From assembly GCA_030704615.1 (NCBI GenBank), contig CM060732.1, forward strand, positions 81,468,001-81,532,000: a stretch of DNA of 64,000 nucleotides, in the 5' to 3' direction. The notes under the pieces are model-generated. The model did no database searches. It was not told the DNA's origin and saw only the letters and a list, made by a program, of their open reading frames with translations. Origin of the DNA: Takakia lepidozioides (lineage: Eukaryota > Plantae > Bryophyta). Of the stretch, positions 25,311-37,477 are shown piece by piece. The first letter of the stretch is position 1, and each line of letters opens with the position of its first letter. A program made the translations under genes and the position numbers.

Positions 25311-27544
25311 ATGCGTTCTAAGGCCTCTTACTGGGCGCAGCTATGTGAGCCCTGCCAGGGCTTAGCGAGAAAGCTTGGCTACGAGACACTAGCAAAGAAG
25401 GGTCCTAGCAAACATGCTGCCACTGTCCAGGCAGAAACAGAGAAAAAAATAAAAGAGATGGAGACAAAGATTGAAGAATCAGAAGAGCGTGATAGATCAC
25501 TGCAGCGGCAAGCGGAGTTCATGAGCGCCTGGGATCCCGTCGTTATGAGCCCTCAATATACCGACGTTTTATTGCAATCGGGTGGCCACGTCTTCCGTGC
25601 ACATAAAGCTATTCTTGTAATCTCCATACCCTGAATGAGTTTCTTCCTTATTACAGAACACAGACGTAGGGATGAAGCTGAAGAGTTGTGCAGCATCAAC
25701 TACTTATCAAAACGACAGGGAGAGAGAAGAGAGTTTAAGACATCAGAAATAGAGGTAGTAGAGAAGAGAGCAAAAAGATATGTTACCCTAAAGTAAGTAA
25801 CCCTGTATTGAGCATATGATGCTGCTTCACATCTCCTGTCTCCTAGCAGATTTGAGTAAAATTCTGCAAGCTGTCACATGTCAATTTAAGAGTGCAGTCC
25901 CAAAAACATTGCAAAACCCTATGTGATGGTTCATGACGAAGGGTATCTAGCCCTGCAAGCACAAAGCACACATGCTTGCCCGTTTGCATCCGAGATTTTC
26001 TTACTCTCAAGCCATACTTATAAGGGCCACGGCCGTAGCTTATCTCATGACAGGATTTTTGGAGTTTCCATATTTGGCACCCACGCCAGAATGAGAGGGA
26101 AGGTTTTGTTCTCACATGCCATCTCCAGTAGGTGCCAGGAAAGACCAGCACTCACCCAGAATGTAGCCATTGCTTAACCATGGCTCAGCACACAGATGAA
26201 GTAATGTCTATTTGCCCACAGCTGAACCCCTCACAAGACCTGTCTGGTAATGATAGCTATTGGTACTGTAAGACACAAAATTTCAAGCTATCATGCTTAA
26301 AATCTTTTGCCTTAGCAGGGAGGGACAGTGGATGGCTGCTTTCAGGCAAACTCCTACTCTTAACCATCTCATTCTGTCAGGCTAAAAGTGGGAGAGATGA
26401 TCCTTGTTTCTCAATCGACTAGCCAGGCCAAGGTGCCAGGTACCTGAGTGTTAGCAATGGGTGGCTGACATGCCTCACTCAACAAGTTTCCAAAAATCTA
26501 TACAGAAGAGGTGGGATATGAAAGGTCAGGAATCACTGCTAAACTGAGAGCTTCGAAGTTTCATGAGCAAAGCAGTCAATGCTCTTGTATCCAGACTTTC
26601 AGACTGCCACAAGTTGTAAAGAGAGAGTTTGCGGCTGTTTGAGAGTTAACTCAAGCAATCCACGTAGAAGGAACTGCTTTGAGGTCACAAAAACAAAGTA
26701 CACATTGACCAAGAAAGGAACCGATCTCAAAACTGTTCTGATTCAACCATTGCCAATTCTTGGCAGATTTTTTCATACATCTTGGTAGCGTTGATGTTAC
26801 TCTTGATATGGTCTCTCAAGACACTCTTGTAGCTAACGTAAATGCAATTACCTGCTACTCAAAACTTCTCTCTTTACTGTCTCTTTCGAGATCGATCCCC
26901 CATCTTTTGGAAGGCCTTTAGCTTCGAGGACCAGAAGTGAGTGGCAGCTTCGCTATCTCTCCGAGAAACGTATGGCTCCTTCGATGTGTTATGTTTGGTT
27001 TTCTCCTGTACTTCTGCTTTGTCCAGAGCCCCATGGACGACGTAAAGTTTGTAATACTGTGGGTCTACAAAATTCTCAAACCTCCTTCATGATGCAGGCT
27101 GCACATTCTGAAGTCTTTCTGAAGAAGTTCAACTCAAACCAAGGGCAACTCGATGTCGGTGCTGATGTGCCAGTAGAGGTCCACATTGTGCCAGACGCAT
27201 TGGACCCGTTTATACGATACTTTTATGCAGGCCATGTGACTGACAGGGACTTGAGAAATCATGCAGCAAAGCTTCTCACAGCAGCTGAGCGATATAGTGT
27301 TCGACCTTTGCAATTGCTTTCAGAGCGCTATCTGGCAAAACACGTGACCAAAGAGACAGCACTTAGTACATGGGAACTGGGTATGGATCATAACTCGGAC
27401 AGAATTAAGGACGCTGTGTTAGATACTCTTCGAAAGGATTTGAAGGATATACTGAGGCTTAGTGAGTACCGCATCTTCCGATCCCAAAAGAATCCCGAGC
27501 TGCTTGTCGACCTTTTCGAACAGCTAGTACAAAGAATGACATAA
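25311..27544 (+). CDS. BTB/POZ protein (At4g08455/SIBP1-like), exons 25311-25616 and 27098-27544
   Basis: LCEPCQ, coiled coil, FMSAW...YTDVLLQSGGHVFRAHKAIL|gtaa...gcag|AAHSEVF...FIRYFYAG...LLTAAERYSV...NPELLVDLFEQLVQRMT*. Confidence 0.88.
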
Positions 27545-29819
27545 CTGATAGTCTCCATGTGAATTTCTGTGGAAAGGAATACGATCCTCAATTGCTCTGT
27601 TGGTTTTCGTAAGAGAAACTCGCATTTAAGACCTCAAAAACATGAAAACAGAGGGGCTTGCCTCCCCTTGTGGCGAGACCTCAAGGGTGTGTGTAAGTGA
27701 CAGTCTTAAGTTTGAAACAGCGATCGGGGTGCAGCGAATCGCACCGAGTTTCAAGAACCCTTCACTAGCACTCCCCCTCTCTATCCTCTCTCGCCTTGCT
27801 TGATCGATGGCAGTTCCCGGATGAATCTCTCTTCTGATTTCCCCTTTTCCCCCTACTTCCCTGGGCAATAGGTTAGGGGTACTGCATTATAGGCTTAACG
27901 ACTCCATGCGCTCTGTGTCTCATTTCTTAAAAGTAGTCTTGGACCGTAGTCTTTAAGTCTGAAATCTATCAGGGGTTGCTGAGGGCCGCTTTGCATTGAG
28001 ATGTGCACATATCTCTGTATCATAGAGAGAGAACAAGTTCTGAGGGAAAGAAAGGGAGCTAGAAAGAGAGTTGAGGTTACTTGATAAAAGTGTCACCCTC
28101 ATCCCAATTCGTTTTCTATTATTTCACTGAGAATGTTTGGAGGAAAATTTGGCAATAAGGAGCTGTAAGTTTTTGAAAAAGCCTTCTTCTCTCCCCACAC
28201 TCTCTCCCTCTCTTGTCAAGGCTTTCTTTTCACTTGCTTCCACAAGGAAACCTAAGAGCCTTGCAATGGAGGGCCGCTCCGCATAGCTTTTGGATTGGAG
28301 GATCAAAGTCAAAATGGACTTGTAAGGCAGCCCACTATATTCTACCATGCTCTTTCTCAAGCAACCAGCATATTGTGCGTCACTCATCCATGTTGCTGAG
28401 CTTGGGCTCAAATGTCAAATGTTGGTATGTAGCTTTTCGAGCGACAGGTTGACGTGAACCAGAGTGTCACGTCAAACAGGTCCTCACTAACTTATAAAGT
28501 GCTCCTAAGAGTACATTCCAACTTGCTCACTGCCTCCACCGGCACTGTTTTCGAAATGGTTCATCAAAAACTCCAAACCAATTGTTATCTACGATAGGTA
28601 GCTGTCTTTGTCGGTCAGCACCTCTGACAGGTACATAGTCAGCGTGAAGGCCATGAATTGAGTGGGACGTGAGTAATTGTGTCAAGGCTACCTAGCTGGC
28701 TGCCCAATAATGTGAATGCCTATCAGGTTGGCGCTCTGATGAGAGTCGGTGAGTTAGTTTGTGTGTGGTCAGAGGAATTGCTGCAGTGTGGGTCCGAGAT
28801 GATCCCGCACTGCACTAGCAAATCTCTTTGCACCATGTTTCAGTGCACTTCCCGAACTTGTCAGCCGCCACAAACGCAGAATGAAACTTAAATGGGGCCC
28901 CCTCGATAGATCTACTTTGCAACGTCAATTCGGTAAACGGCGGCTGGTGACAATATTGTCCATGAAGGTCCAAGAAATGGGCGATTTACACAAAGCACCT
29001 ATAGGTTATTCATCTCATAATGTTCGCCAGACCCTTACCATTAGTGTCTTCTTTTCCTCCCAAGTGACGGAGTTCTGATCTTCCTCTCCCTAGGCTGCAG
29101 TCAAGCTCAGACTCCACAAAGACATGAGAATTGATCAACAGATTAATCTCATCGGCAGCGTTGACGACTACGGTGAACTGTAAGTAATGCGACAAGCAAG
29201 AGAAGGCAAATGAGAGATCCTCGCAGCTGATCTTGACTCTCATTGGGACAGTCCAGAAACCACAGTGGAGACTGGAGAGCAGAACAGACAAGCTTCAGTC
29301 ATCAACAGACAGCTTCAATCTTGCACGACGATGATCGAGAACAGACAGGAAGGCGAGCAAATCGTGGCACTGCCAAGAGCATGTGTGCCACGACGCCACT
29401 GCATTCACGTCCTAATAAGGTTTATTCCGGCTCTGGGGGTTGAGCACAGGATCTGGTGAGGAAAAACCGCTTACCTGGGTAGCCGGTACGATTGTCGGAG
29501 CTCTCCCCGAAAGAAAAGGTCCGTGACATGTGCGATAAATGTATCGTGGCAGAGAGAATTCCGGGTTTTAGCCTCAAATCCCCGTTTAGTATCCCGGTTT
29601 TGTGGAGATATTGAGGTCAAGTCCCCGGGGTTAGAACTCGCCGGTTGACACTTGGGGGATTTTATATACCGTCTCTCTCGTTGGCTTGTTGCTCTCCCGC
29701 GCACATACTCGCAGAGTTTTGGTGTGGTGCAAGGAGGAGTTCGGGAAGAGTCGAAGGACCTAGGTCTGGTTTGGTTGTGAAGCTTGTGGTGCTGCTGCTA
29801 CATTCGGGGATCCGGCAGC

Positions 29820-32468
29820 ATGGGACGGGTGTCATGGCTGGTGGTCGGGCTCACGTTCTTGTTTGACATCATTGCCTTTGGCCTTGCCGTGGGAGCGGAG
29901 ACTCGACGGAGCAAGGTGATTTCTAGTTATGGATGGGAGTATGTTCTTGAGTGATTTCGGGATGTATACTGTGGATAAGCCGATATCCGTAAATGTCGAT
30001 CTCAATGGCTTGCTTGTGACCTGTGCATTCGGATCCATGACAAAGCAGTTCTGTCGATCTTGTCCGAGGGCAAGAGGTTAGGACGGCCTTGTGGGAGAGA
30101 TTTATTACTGAAATCACAGCTGATACCGTGTTCAGGTGTGGCGCGGAATAGAAAGCGCTAGGGGACGCTCTTACATCTTAGAAGCGGCGTCTTTGTGGAT
30201 GAAGTAGTAGCTCTTGGTCAGATTCGAATGTCATTTGTAGCACCAAACAAATCCATCTGTGTCCCTCTTTTAATGTTTTAGCTTTCTTCTCACTTCAAGT
30301 TCGGAGCCATTTTGTGCTTGTTTAGGGGTCGATTCTTTTGGTGTGAGATGACATTGTTCCTTCAACGTCGAATACTCTTACCAGTGGACATCTGTTCCTA
30401 GGCAGAGTGTACAGGGATGGAAGCGTACGTGGGAATGATACAGGTCTCTGAATGTAGAACTGACATCTAGTATAGGCTAATTTAGGCTTTATCCGTCTGT
30501 TGAAAAGTTGACAGTGGATAGTGCTAAGTCTCACCATAGCATCACGCCCTTTCTCATAGTGCTTTACACCAGATGTTTGGCAGTTCTTCTTGTCCTCACC
30601 TGGGGCATTCTTTATTTTCTGTCCAGAGAATCATGTTTCATTTTAACTAGCAAAGCAAGGAGATCTGAGGTGGTCTTCTAGTTTTCGAGCTTCTTGTGTG
30701 CCTGGAACTGAATTAGTTGTCCTTCTACTGTAAGTTTTGATGTGTTCCAAATATGTTACTCATGGTGAGCAATTAAATAGTAACTTTTTGGTGGGAGTTT
30801 TTAAAGGCGTAGAGCTGGATAAGCACATCTGTGCATGCACTCTTGGAAAGTGCTCCAGATGTTCTTTGATTCTTCCGGTGCAATTCAACACGTGAAAACT
30901 TAGATTGAGAGATGTCAGCCACTTTATCAACATGATTGCTTACAGAGTGGATTATTTGGTTCTCTATTTGCTTGGCATCCTCTTTGGGCCTCTTTCCATG
31001 TGACCCCCTCACTACAGGATGCTGTAGTCCAGACATTGGACCACCGTCTTATGCTCCAATGGTGAAGGGCAAAAATCCTTGCTATGTGCAAGCATTATTG
31101 GAGTATGACTGCCTAGGAAGTTCTAGAATGTAGATTATCTGTCATTGTGACCTGCTATGATTAGAGTAGAGATTGACCAGACCCCTGGAGCCCAAGAGTC
31201 TACCATTCATGTTGGCTACAAACCTCTTCACTCAGAACGAGTTGAGGGGTTTGAAGGGTCACTTGCAAGGTGTTATTCTGACCCTCGCAATGTGATGTCA
31301 ACATGTGGGGGATGGAAGGTGCTCTGAGGCTTGTTTGGATCCTATTTAGCTTGATAAGACTGTTGTCTGTGTGGTCTCCATCCAGATTGGACACATTAAC
31401 TGGTAGCCTTGTGCATTGGTGTGGAGTCATGTTTCACATTCTTAGAACTCCATCATTGCTAGGTTGAACCTAGTTGGTGAGTTCCTCAGCTGTAGTTCAA
31501 TAAGGACTTCTTTTGTGCTTGTCAGGACCTTGATCAAACACAGATTATCGGGGTGCACTGACAATATGCTGTTAAATGGGGCTAGTCTCTTTTTGGTAAT
31601 GAATTGGTTGGGATTGAGGGCATCAAACAGTGCCTCAGAGCCACATGTATTTGTGGGAGTGTAGCTGCTGTTGATGTATTGGTGGAGACCACAAACTCAA
31701 GTTCGTAAAGGGAGGGCCAGATAGAAGAAAATAGAAAAGATGGAGCAACAGCATGGTTTACAACCATTGCCTGGGTTGTGGGGTGCACTCCCTCTACTGG
31801 AAATACCAAATGGGACTGACAAGGGTGTGTGGTTTGTCCGCAGGGTACAGCTGTCCCTAATGTGACAGGGCAAGCTTTGATATGTCAGTATACTAGGGAC
31901 ATTGCAACCGGGCTGGCAGCTGGAGCCTTTTTGTTCTTGCTTGGAGGTCAGGTGTTCATTATGGTTGTCACTCGATGTCTCTGTTGTGGGGCCTCCTACA
32001 AGCCTGGTGCTGCCCGTGTGTTTGCCATTATCCTCTTCATTTTCTCATGGTAATTCACCTCTCTTCAGACCGAAGGTTGTTGGCGTTATGGACATCTCTT
32101 GTCATGTGTGTGCTTGGTTGATTTCTTGGTCTGTGGCGTAGACTGTGGTCTGACAGAAATGTGCAAGCCGTGTTAAGTGTCTATTGGGTTGTGTCAGGCT
32201 CAGTTTCATTATTGCCGAGGCTTGCTTACTAGCGGGGGCGAGTCAGAACAAGATTCACACACATGGGCTTTTTGATAATGGAGGTGCGGATGTGACTTGC
32301 AAACAAGTGCGGAAGAGTATCTTTGCTGCTGGAGCGGGCTTCACCTTCTTAACCATGCTGCTGAGCGAGATCTATTATTTGCTTTTGTCAAAGGCAGGCA
32401 ACAATGACGGAGGTTGGCAGTCTTACAAAGCTGGCGCCCCCACTGTGGGCATGACAGCCTATACTTAA
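29820..32468 (+). CDS. DUF1218 (MWL/fiber protein Fb34-like) small membrane protein, exons 29820-29915, 31844-32049, 32198-32468
   Basis: MGRVSWLVVGLTFLFDIIAFGLAVGAETRRSK | ...CQYTRDIATGLAAGAFLFLL...VTRCLCCG...FIFSW | LSFIIAEACLLAGASQNKIHT...CKQVRKSIFAAGAGF. All junctions are GT-AG and in frame. Confidence 0.92.
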
Positions 32469-33179
32469 GCCAGATCGTGCAGGACCTCCTCCCATTTGTG
32501 TCTCAGCAGACCTTTATTTTCTTTCTTATCCCCAGAGAACCAACATATGAGTATGAGATTGAACTCCAAAGTCCAGTTCAGGCATTCCACTTTTTCCCCT
32601 AGGATTTACAGTCTGTCGACCTCGAGGTTATCAAGGCCACAATTCTAGTATTTGCAGTTCGGGTCTGAAAGGTGGAGTGAGAGTTGGACGGCAGGATGAT
32701 GTGCAAGATGGACGTTGAAAAGATGATTGGTATTCTTGGAAAGGCCTGGGAACTGGAAGCTGGATTTTTTTCGAAATGCACATGACTATGTAGTTTTCTT
32801 CACCTTAGAATTGAGGGACAGTGGCTGTCGTACCAGGTTACAGAGGCTTTATGAAGCAGGGGGAAGCCCACATTGGGTTTGCAAGGTAGTATAGTTCTGT
32901 AGAGGTATGGGAATAGCCTCTCTCCCTACTTCGTGATTGCTAGATCTTGTATTTAATGCCATTATGACAGTTTTCAACTGGTAGAGTTAATCCTTGGTGT
33001 CACTGCCTTGGTGCACCTCTATGTAAAATCTTGTTTTCTCTAGTCCTTTCTGGTGTTTAAGGAAGGATCATGATGATGTATCACTAATGTCTCCACTAGG
33101 TGATTTCTGCTTGTGTATTTTTTTGGTCACATCAAACAGGTATCAAGCTTTTGGAAAGAGATCTCTCATTCACCATTGG

Positions 33180-34577
33180 TCATGCAGTCTCCACTAATCC
33201 TGTTTGCCTGGTTTTTTCTTCACTCTCAGCAGTAGTGGATGTCTCAGATACATCATCATCTGAGATGCATTCAAAGTCCTCGTCTTCTTCACATTCTGGA
33301 CCAAGCAAGACCCCAAAGAGATGTAAGGAGGGCAACAAAACAGCTCCTGTAAGTGCATGTAATGTCATTCACCGAAGTGAAATTCGTTTTTTGCATATGT
33401 TCACTTACAAATATATAGATGCAGTTAGAGCTGCCGCGAAGTGTTTGTGACACTAACGTTTTCTGTGAGAGAAAGAAACACTGGAAGTGAAGTAAGACAT
33501 TACCACAAAGTGGTCTGAATGTAGATCTCTTCAAGAGCCCAATGTAAAGCTCCAAGAGCAACTTAGGGTTCTGCTCTCTATAGTGGCGATATTCTCGGAG
33601 ATTCGCAATTGTTTTCCTGCTCTGCAAGGCCACTTGAATTGTAGCATCCCTTAGCACTTCACAGTTGTGCGTTTTGGCAAGATCAAATCTGCTAATCACA
33701 TTCTCCATTGAAATCGTATTCTCGGCCAAGTATTTCCCACAGACGTATTTCAAGTAGTCGAGCTCGAAGGCATCTCCAATAGACAGGAAATGTATTGCAT
33801 GCTTCTCCAAAACTTGAGTGGTGATGTCGCCCGTGTAGAAGAAGCGCACAAAGGCATGCAACTGCTCGTATGACATATCGTCAAAGATAACGACCCCACC
33901 CTTACCGTCCTTCAACCCTGCGGTGCTGTCATCGATCATGGCTTCCAGCAACCGCGATTTGCTCGCCTGTGTGTATAAATGTAGGTGAGAGATTCTCGAG
34001 AACTTCCAACCCGGAGACATACAGACACCAGCTCATTCACATGGCAACGATCGCTACCATGTCCGAAGCCATACTCGGAAGCATTCACAGCTACTAATTT
34101 GAATTCACGTTTCCAAAAACAGTCCATCAAAGGAGAATTTCTTTTTGTGAACCTGTAGGAGGGAGATTCGAATGGGGAATACAGTGGGGAATACTGAATT
34201 ACGTTTAGACAAGAAAGTTACAAGAATGAACTTGTGGCCTTGTACAACTTGATCGGCTGCTTCGTTAGGTTGGGAAGCCCTTTCAGCCTGTGCAGGAGTA
34301 TACCCAGCATTGGCAGCAGGGTCAGCTGTTGGACTGCTGTGATCGGGAGTAGCACCCTTATTGGTATCGTGATTGTCAGGCGCTGCAAGATTACTCTGAG
34401 CTGCCTTGAACGAAATGTCTGGAGGAAAAAATGTTTCTGTATCCGTCCACGTACTCAAGAAATCTACTTGGCCAACCCTTGCCTTGCTCTCTTCTTTCAA
34501 TCTTCTCAATCTCCTCAGAATATCTTCAAATTTCTGGTCTGATTTTAAATAGCAGCTTTCGCAATATACACTTCCAC
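33180..34577 (-). CDS. BTB/POZ module with an acidic tail; exons 34577-34222, 33966-33504, 33295-33180; lacks its own in-frame ATG (internal part of the upstream gene, or a pseudogene)
   Basis: YCESCY, coiled coil, FLSTW...GHKFIL|gtaac...acag|ASKSRLLEAM...FVRFFYTG...NPKLLLELYIGLLKRSTFRPLC-G|gtaatg...ccag|ECEEDEDFECISDDDVSETS...ETA*. Confidence 0.7.
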
Positions 34578-34816
34578 CTGTGCACACCCGAATAGAGCCC
34601 GGGGAAATCTCTTCATTTGCACCTCATGACAAAGAAAGGATTTGCTGTAGTCTCCTGAGTCTCTAGTCTCCTAGCTCATGAAATTTCTGAAATAAAGGGA
34701 GGAAAATGTCCTGTACATACTACACATAAATCAGAGTACTGCAACGCTCATGTCCAATATTCTGCAAAGACCATGTCTCAGAAGAGCTCACAATCCATTG
34801 AGGTACAATGCTCGAC

Positions 34817-36421
34817 TCATTGACTTTGGTAGAAGTAGCCTGATATCTTACCGTGCTTGGACAGGTGACATGATGGATGGTAAGGCGTCACATAGGAAGA
34901 GTCCCATACAACAGGTCCTTCTGACTGAAATTTTAGAATGGGATGCAGATGTATAGACTGCGTTGGATCCTGGAACGGTTTCATGCACAATGCGCATCGA
35001 TAATCGAACCTGCGGCAGACTTCCTGTTTGTATTGAGACAAGAGTCGACGCATGTTTTTAAACCTCTCGTCTTCGTCGCCTTGCCTTCGTTGCAAATTAC
35101 CTAGGGAAACAGATCATACATAGCCGTTGAACTGGGGCTTCAAGCTCAGCTGGTAGATTTCTGACGTCCACACATACAGCCATTGGAAAGACCATGAAAA
35201 AGTGACACAGGAGTATTATTGTGCAGAGCCTATGGCGTATGATCCAAGTCTACTGTCTCAGCTGTAAAATGTTGAGTACTCACTGGCGGTACCTGGCTTG
35301 CGCACAGTTGTCTTTCTTAGGAGCTTTTCATACAGCTCCAGGAGTAATGGCAAGTCCTCTTGTACATACAAATCGTGTTCCTTGAGTGTTGGAATTTCAT
35401 CTTGACCAGCGGCCATAAGAACTCGAAGTGCAGCTTTTCTATTTACTTCAGAATCACATTGTTTCGCAATATCAAAGAGACTGATTGCATTCTCCTTTGA
35501 AACCACAGCTGAAAGGTACCTTGCACACACTGATTTCAGGAGCTTCACTTCATATGTCCGGGCTAGAAACAGGAGGTCTGCTGCGTGTCTTTCCAGAACA
35601 ACAGGGCAAATCGTAGCAGTGTAAAAGAAGCTAATGAATGCGCTCAATTGCTCGTGAAGCATATCTTGCATGTCAACGATGGGAATCGCTCCTGGAGTTG
35701 TCACAGCCTTCTCCTGTCCGGTCGTTCGCATTTCCTCGCTCTCAATATTAGCAGGTGGACAAAACATTGTTTTAAACAGCTGCGATCTGCTTGCCTGGGT
35801 ACCTTGCGCCACCGTACACAAAATTCTAAGATCTCTTCTAAGACGCATCTACCAGCCTAACTGTAGAACTTTTGGAGAAGAGAGCGTACAGTAATATGAC
35901 CAACGGGTCATAACCTTATTGTGCTGCGACTTTCCTGTGCCATCCCCCAGCGATGTAAAAACGCCATACACGGGGGTTGCATGTATACATAGAGAGAGGT
36001 GATAATGACTGGACATGTCTTACCAGTTAAGCATTTAAGTTTCTTTCTTTGAACCTTCTTGCGTCTCCATTCAATTATCCTACTAGGTGTGGAACTTCTT
36101 GTAAGCAAGGAGAGTGGAACAGACGAGAGGTTGAAAAGGGATTACAAGAATGAACTTGTGAGCTGGTATGGGAGGTCCATCGAGTGGTTGCAGTAAGACA
36201 TCGTGATGCAGACTTCTTGGAGGAATCCAGGTACTCAAAAACTCCATGCGGGGTATCCCAGAGTTTAATGACTTCACTCTGGCCTTGTATATCAGAGGGT
36301 GGCATGCAACGCAGTTTTTGCAACAGCGGACGACCCCTTCTGCCAGTCCGCACAATTCACACGCCACTCTGGTATCTGAGAAGGACGACGATGTTGTTGA
36401 AGCGCTGGGGGCAATCTCCAT
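34817..36421 (-). CDS. BTB/POZ protein with a C-terminal HNH-like module; exons 36421-36146, 35794-35293, 35100-34817 (or 35100-34852 spliced onward)
   Basis: CELC...CKNCVAC, FLSTW...DVLLQPLDGPPIPAHKFIL|gtaatc...ccag|ASRSQLFKTMF...FISFFYTA...LPLLLELYEKLLRKTTVRKP-G|gtaccg...ccctag|GNLQRRQ...FDYRCALC...IHLHPI...YHPSCHLSKHG. Confidence 0.75.
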
Positions 36422-37477
36422 CTTTACAGGTATTTACACAGCTCGCTTTTGAAACTGGTTATGCTCCTGCCAGACCCCTTCAATACATATCTAACGTACC
36501 TATAACACTGGTGTCTGTTGGGGTGTCATGATTGGCCTTTTACTTACATCTTGCAATCTCTCTCAACCATTGCACCCTCTTGAAATCTCTTCAACCTCGC
36601 TTGGCGAAATGTGACTGGCCCTCAGACTTCCAAAACCTAAATTGTTCGCAGAACCTTGGGAGGGTTAAGATTCTCCTCGTATCTCCTGACTATTATTGCT
36701 CATGATTTTGATGTCCAGGCTGAGAATTTCTGGCCGTTTGGTCCAGCCTCCACCTAATCATTTTAGTTCAGATAATACAAATAACTGCATGCTTTCCCTG
36801 ATAATAGAGGAAGTGAAAGAGCATTGACTAGGAATGAGTATTGTGGGATGAAATGTACGAATACATGAGGAAAAACACAAGCAAAGAACTCATAGCCTGG
36901 CCACACATACCATTTGCCTCCGTTGGCGCAGGACGCACGTCGAACAACGGCGTCTTTCCAACATTGAGCCTAACCAACCGCCCTGATAGCCAGGCCACAC
37001 ATGACGGATGCAAAGCCTCAACGCAGTTCCCATAACGCAGGAACTTGGCGTGCAACGGTGTCAGGCCATTCCTAAACGCAGGCGGGGCGTCCGCTCGACG
37101 TAGTTTTCTAACGCAGGAGAACCTGCGTTATGCAGATGGAAGTGCGTTCTTTGAAAGCTGCAACCTTTAATAGGGCGCCACCAATGTGGGAAGGCGCCAT
37201 GAGAGCGGAAAAGGAGGAAGTCACCCTTTGCCTTGTTGGATCTTAGCAACGAATCCCTGCTATTGAAATTGGGTCCCACCAAGGAGCCACCAAGGAAGAA
37301 TGGGGCTTGTGTGGCCGCTCCCTTAGCAGGAGGGATGAAATCAGCAGTAAGAAGCGGACGGAGACCACACCGCACAATTTCGCGGTTGCACTCAAAGACC
37401 CACAGTGTGGAGTTAGGTGACAACACCGTGGAGTTAGGTGACAAAATGATGTTAAGCTAGAAGTACCTGCCATGGGG

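Noticed and set aside
27600-29500. Short ORFs between the first BTB gene and the DUF1218 gene
   Set aside because: No motifs or coherent splice structure were found.
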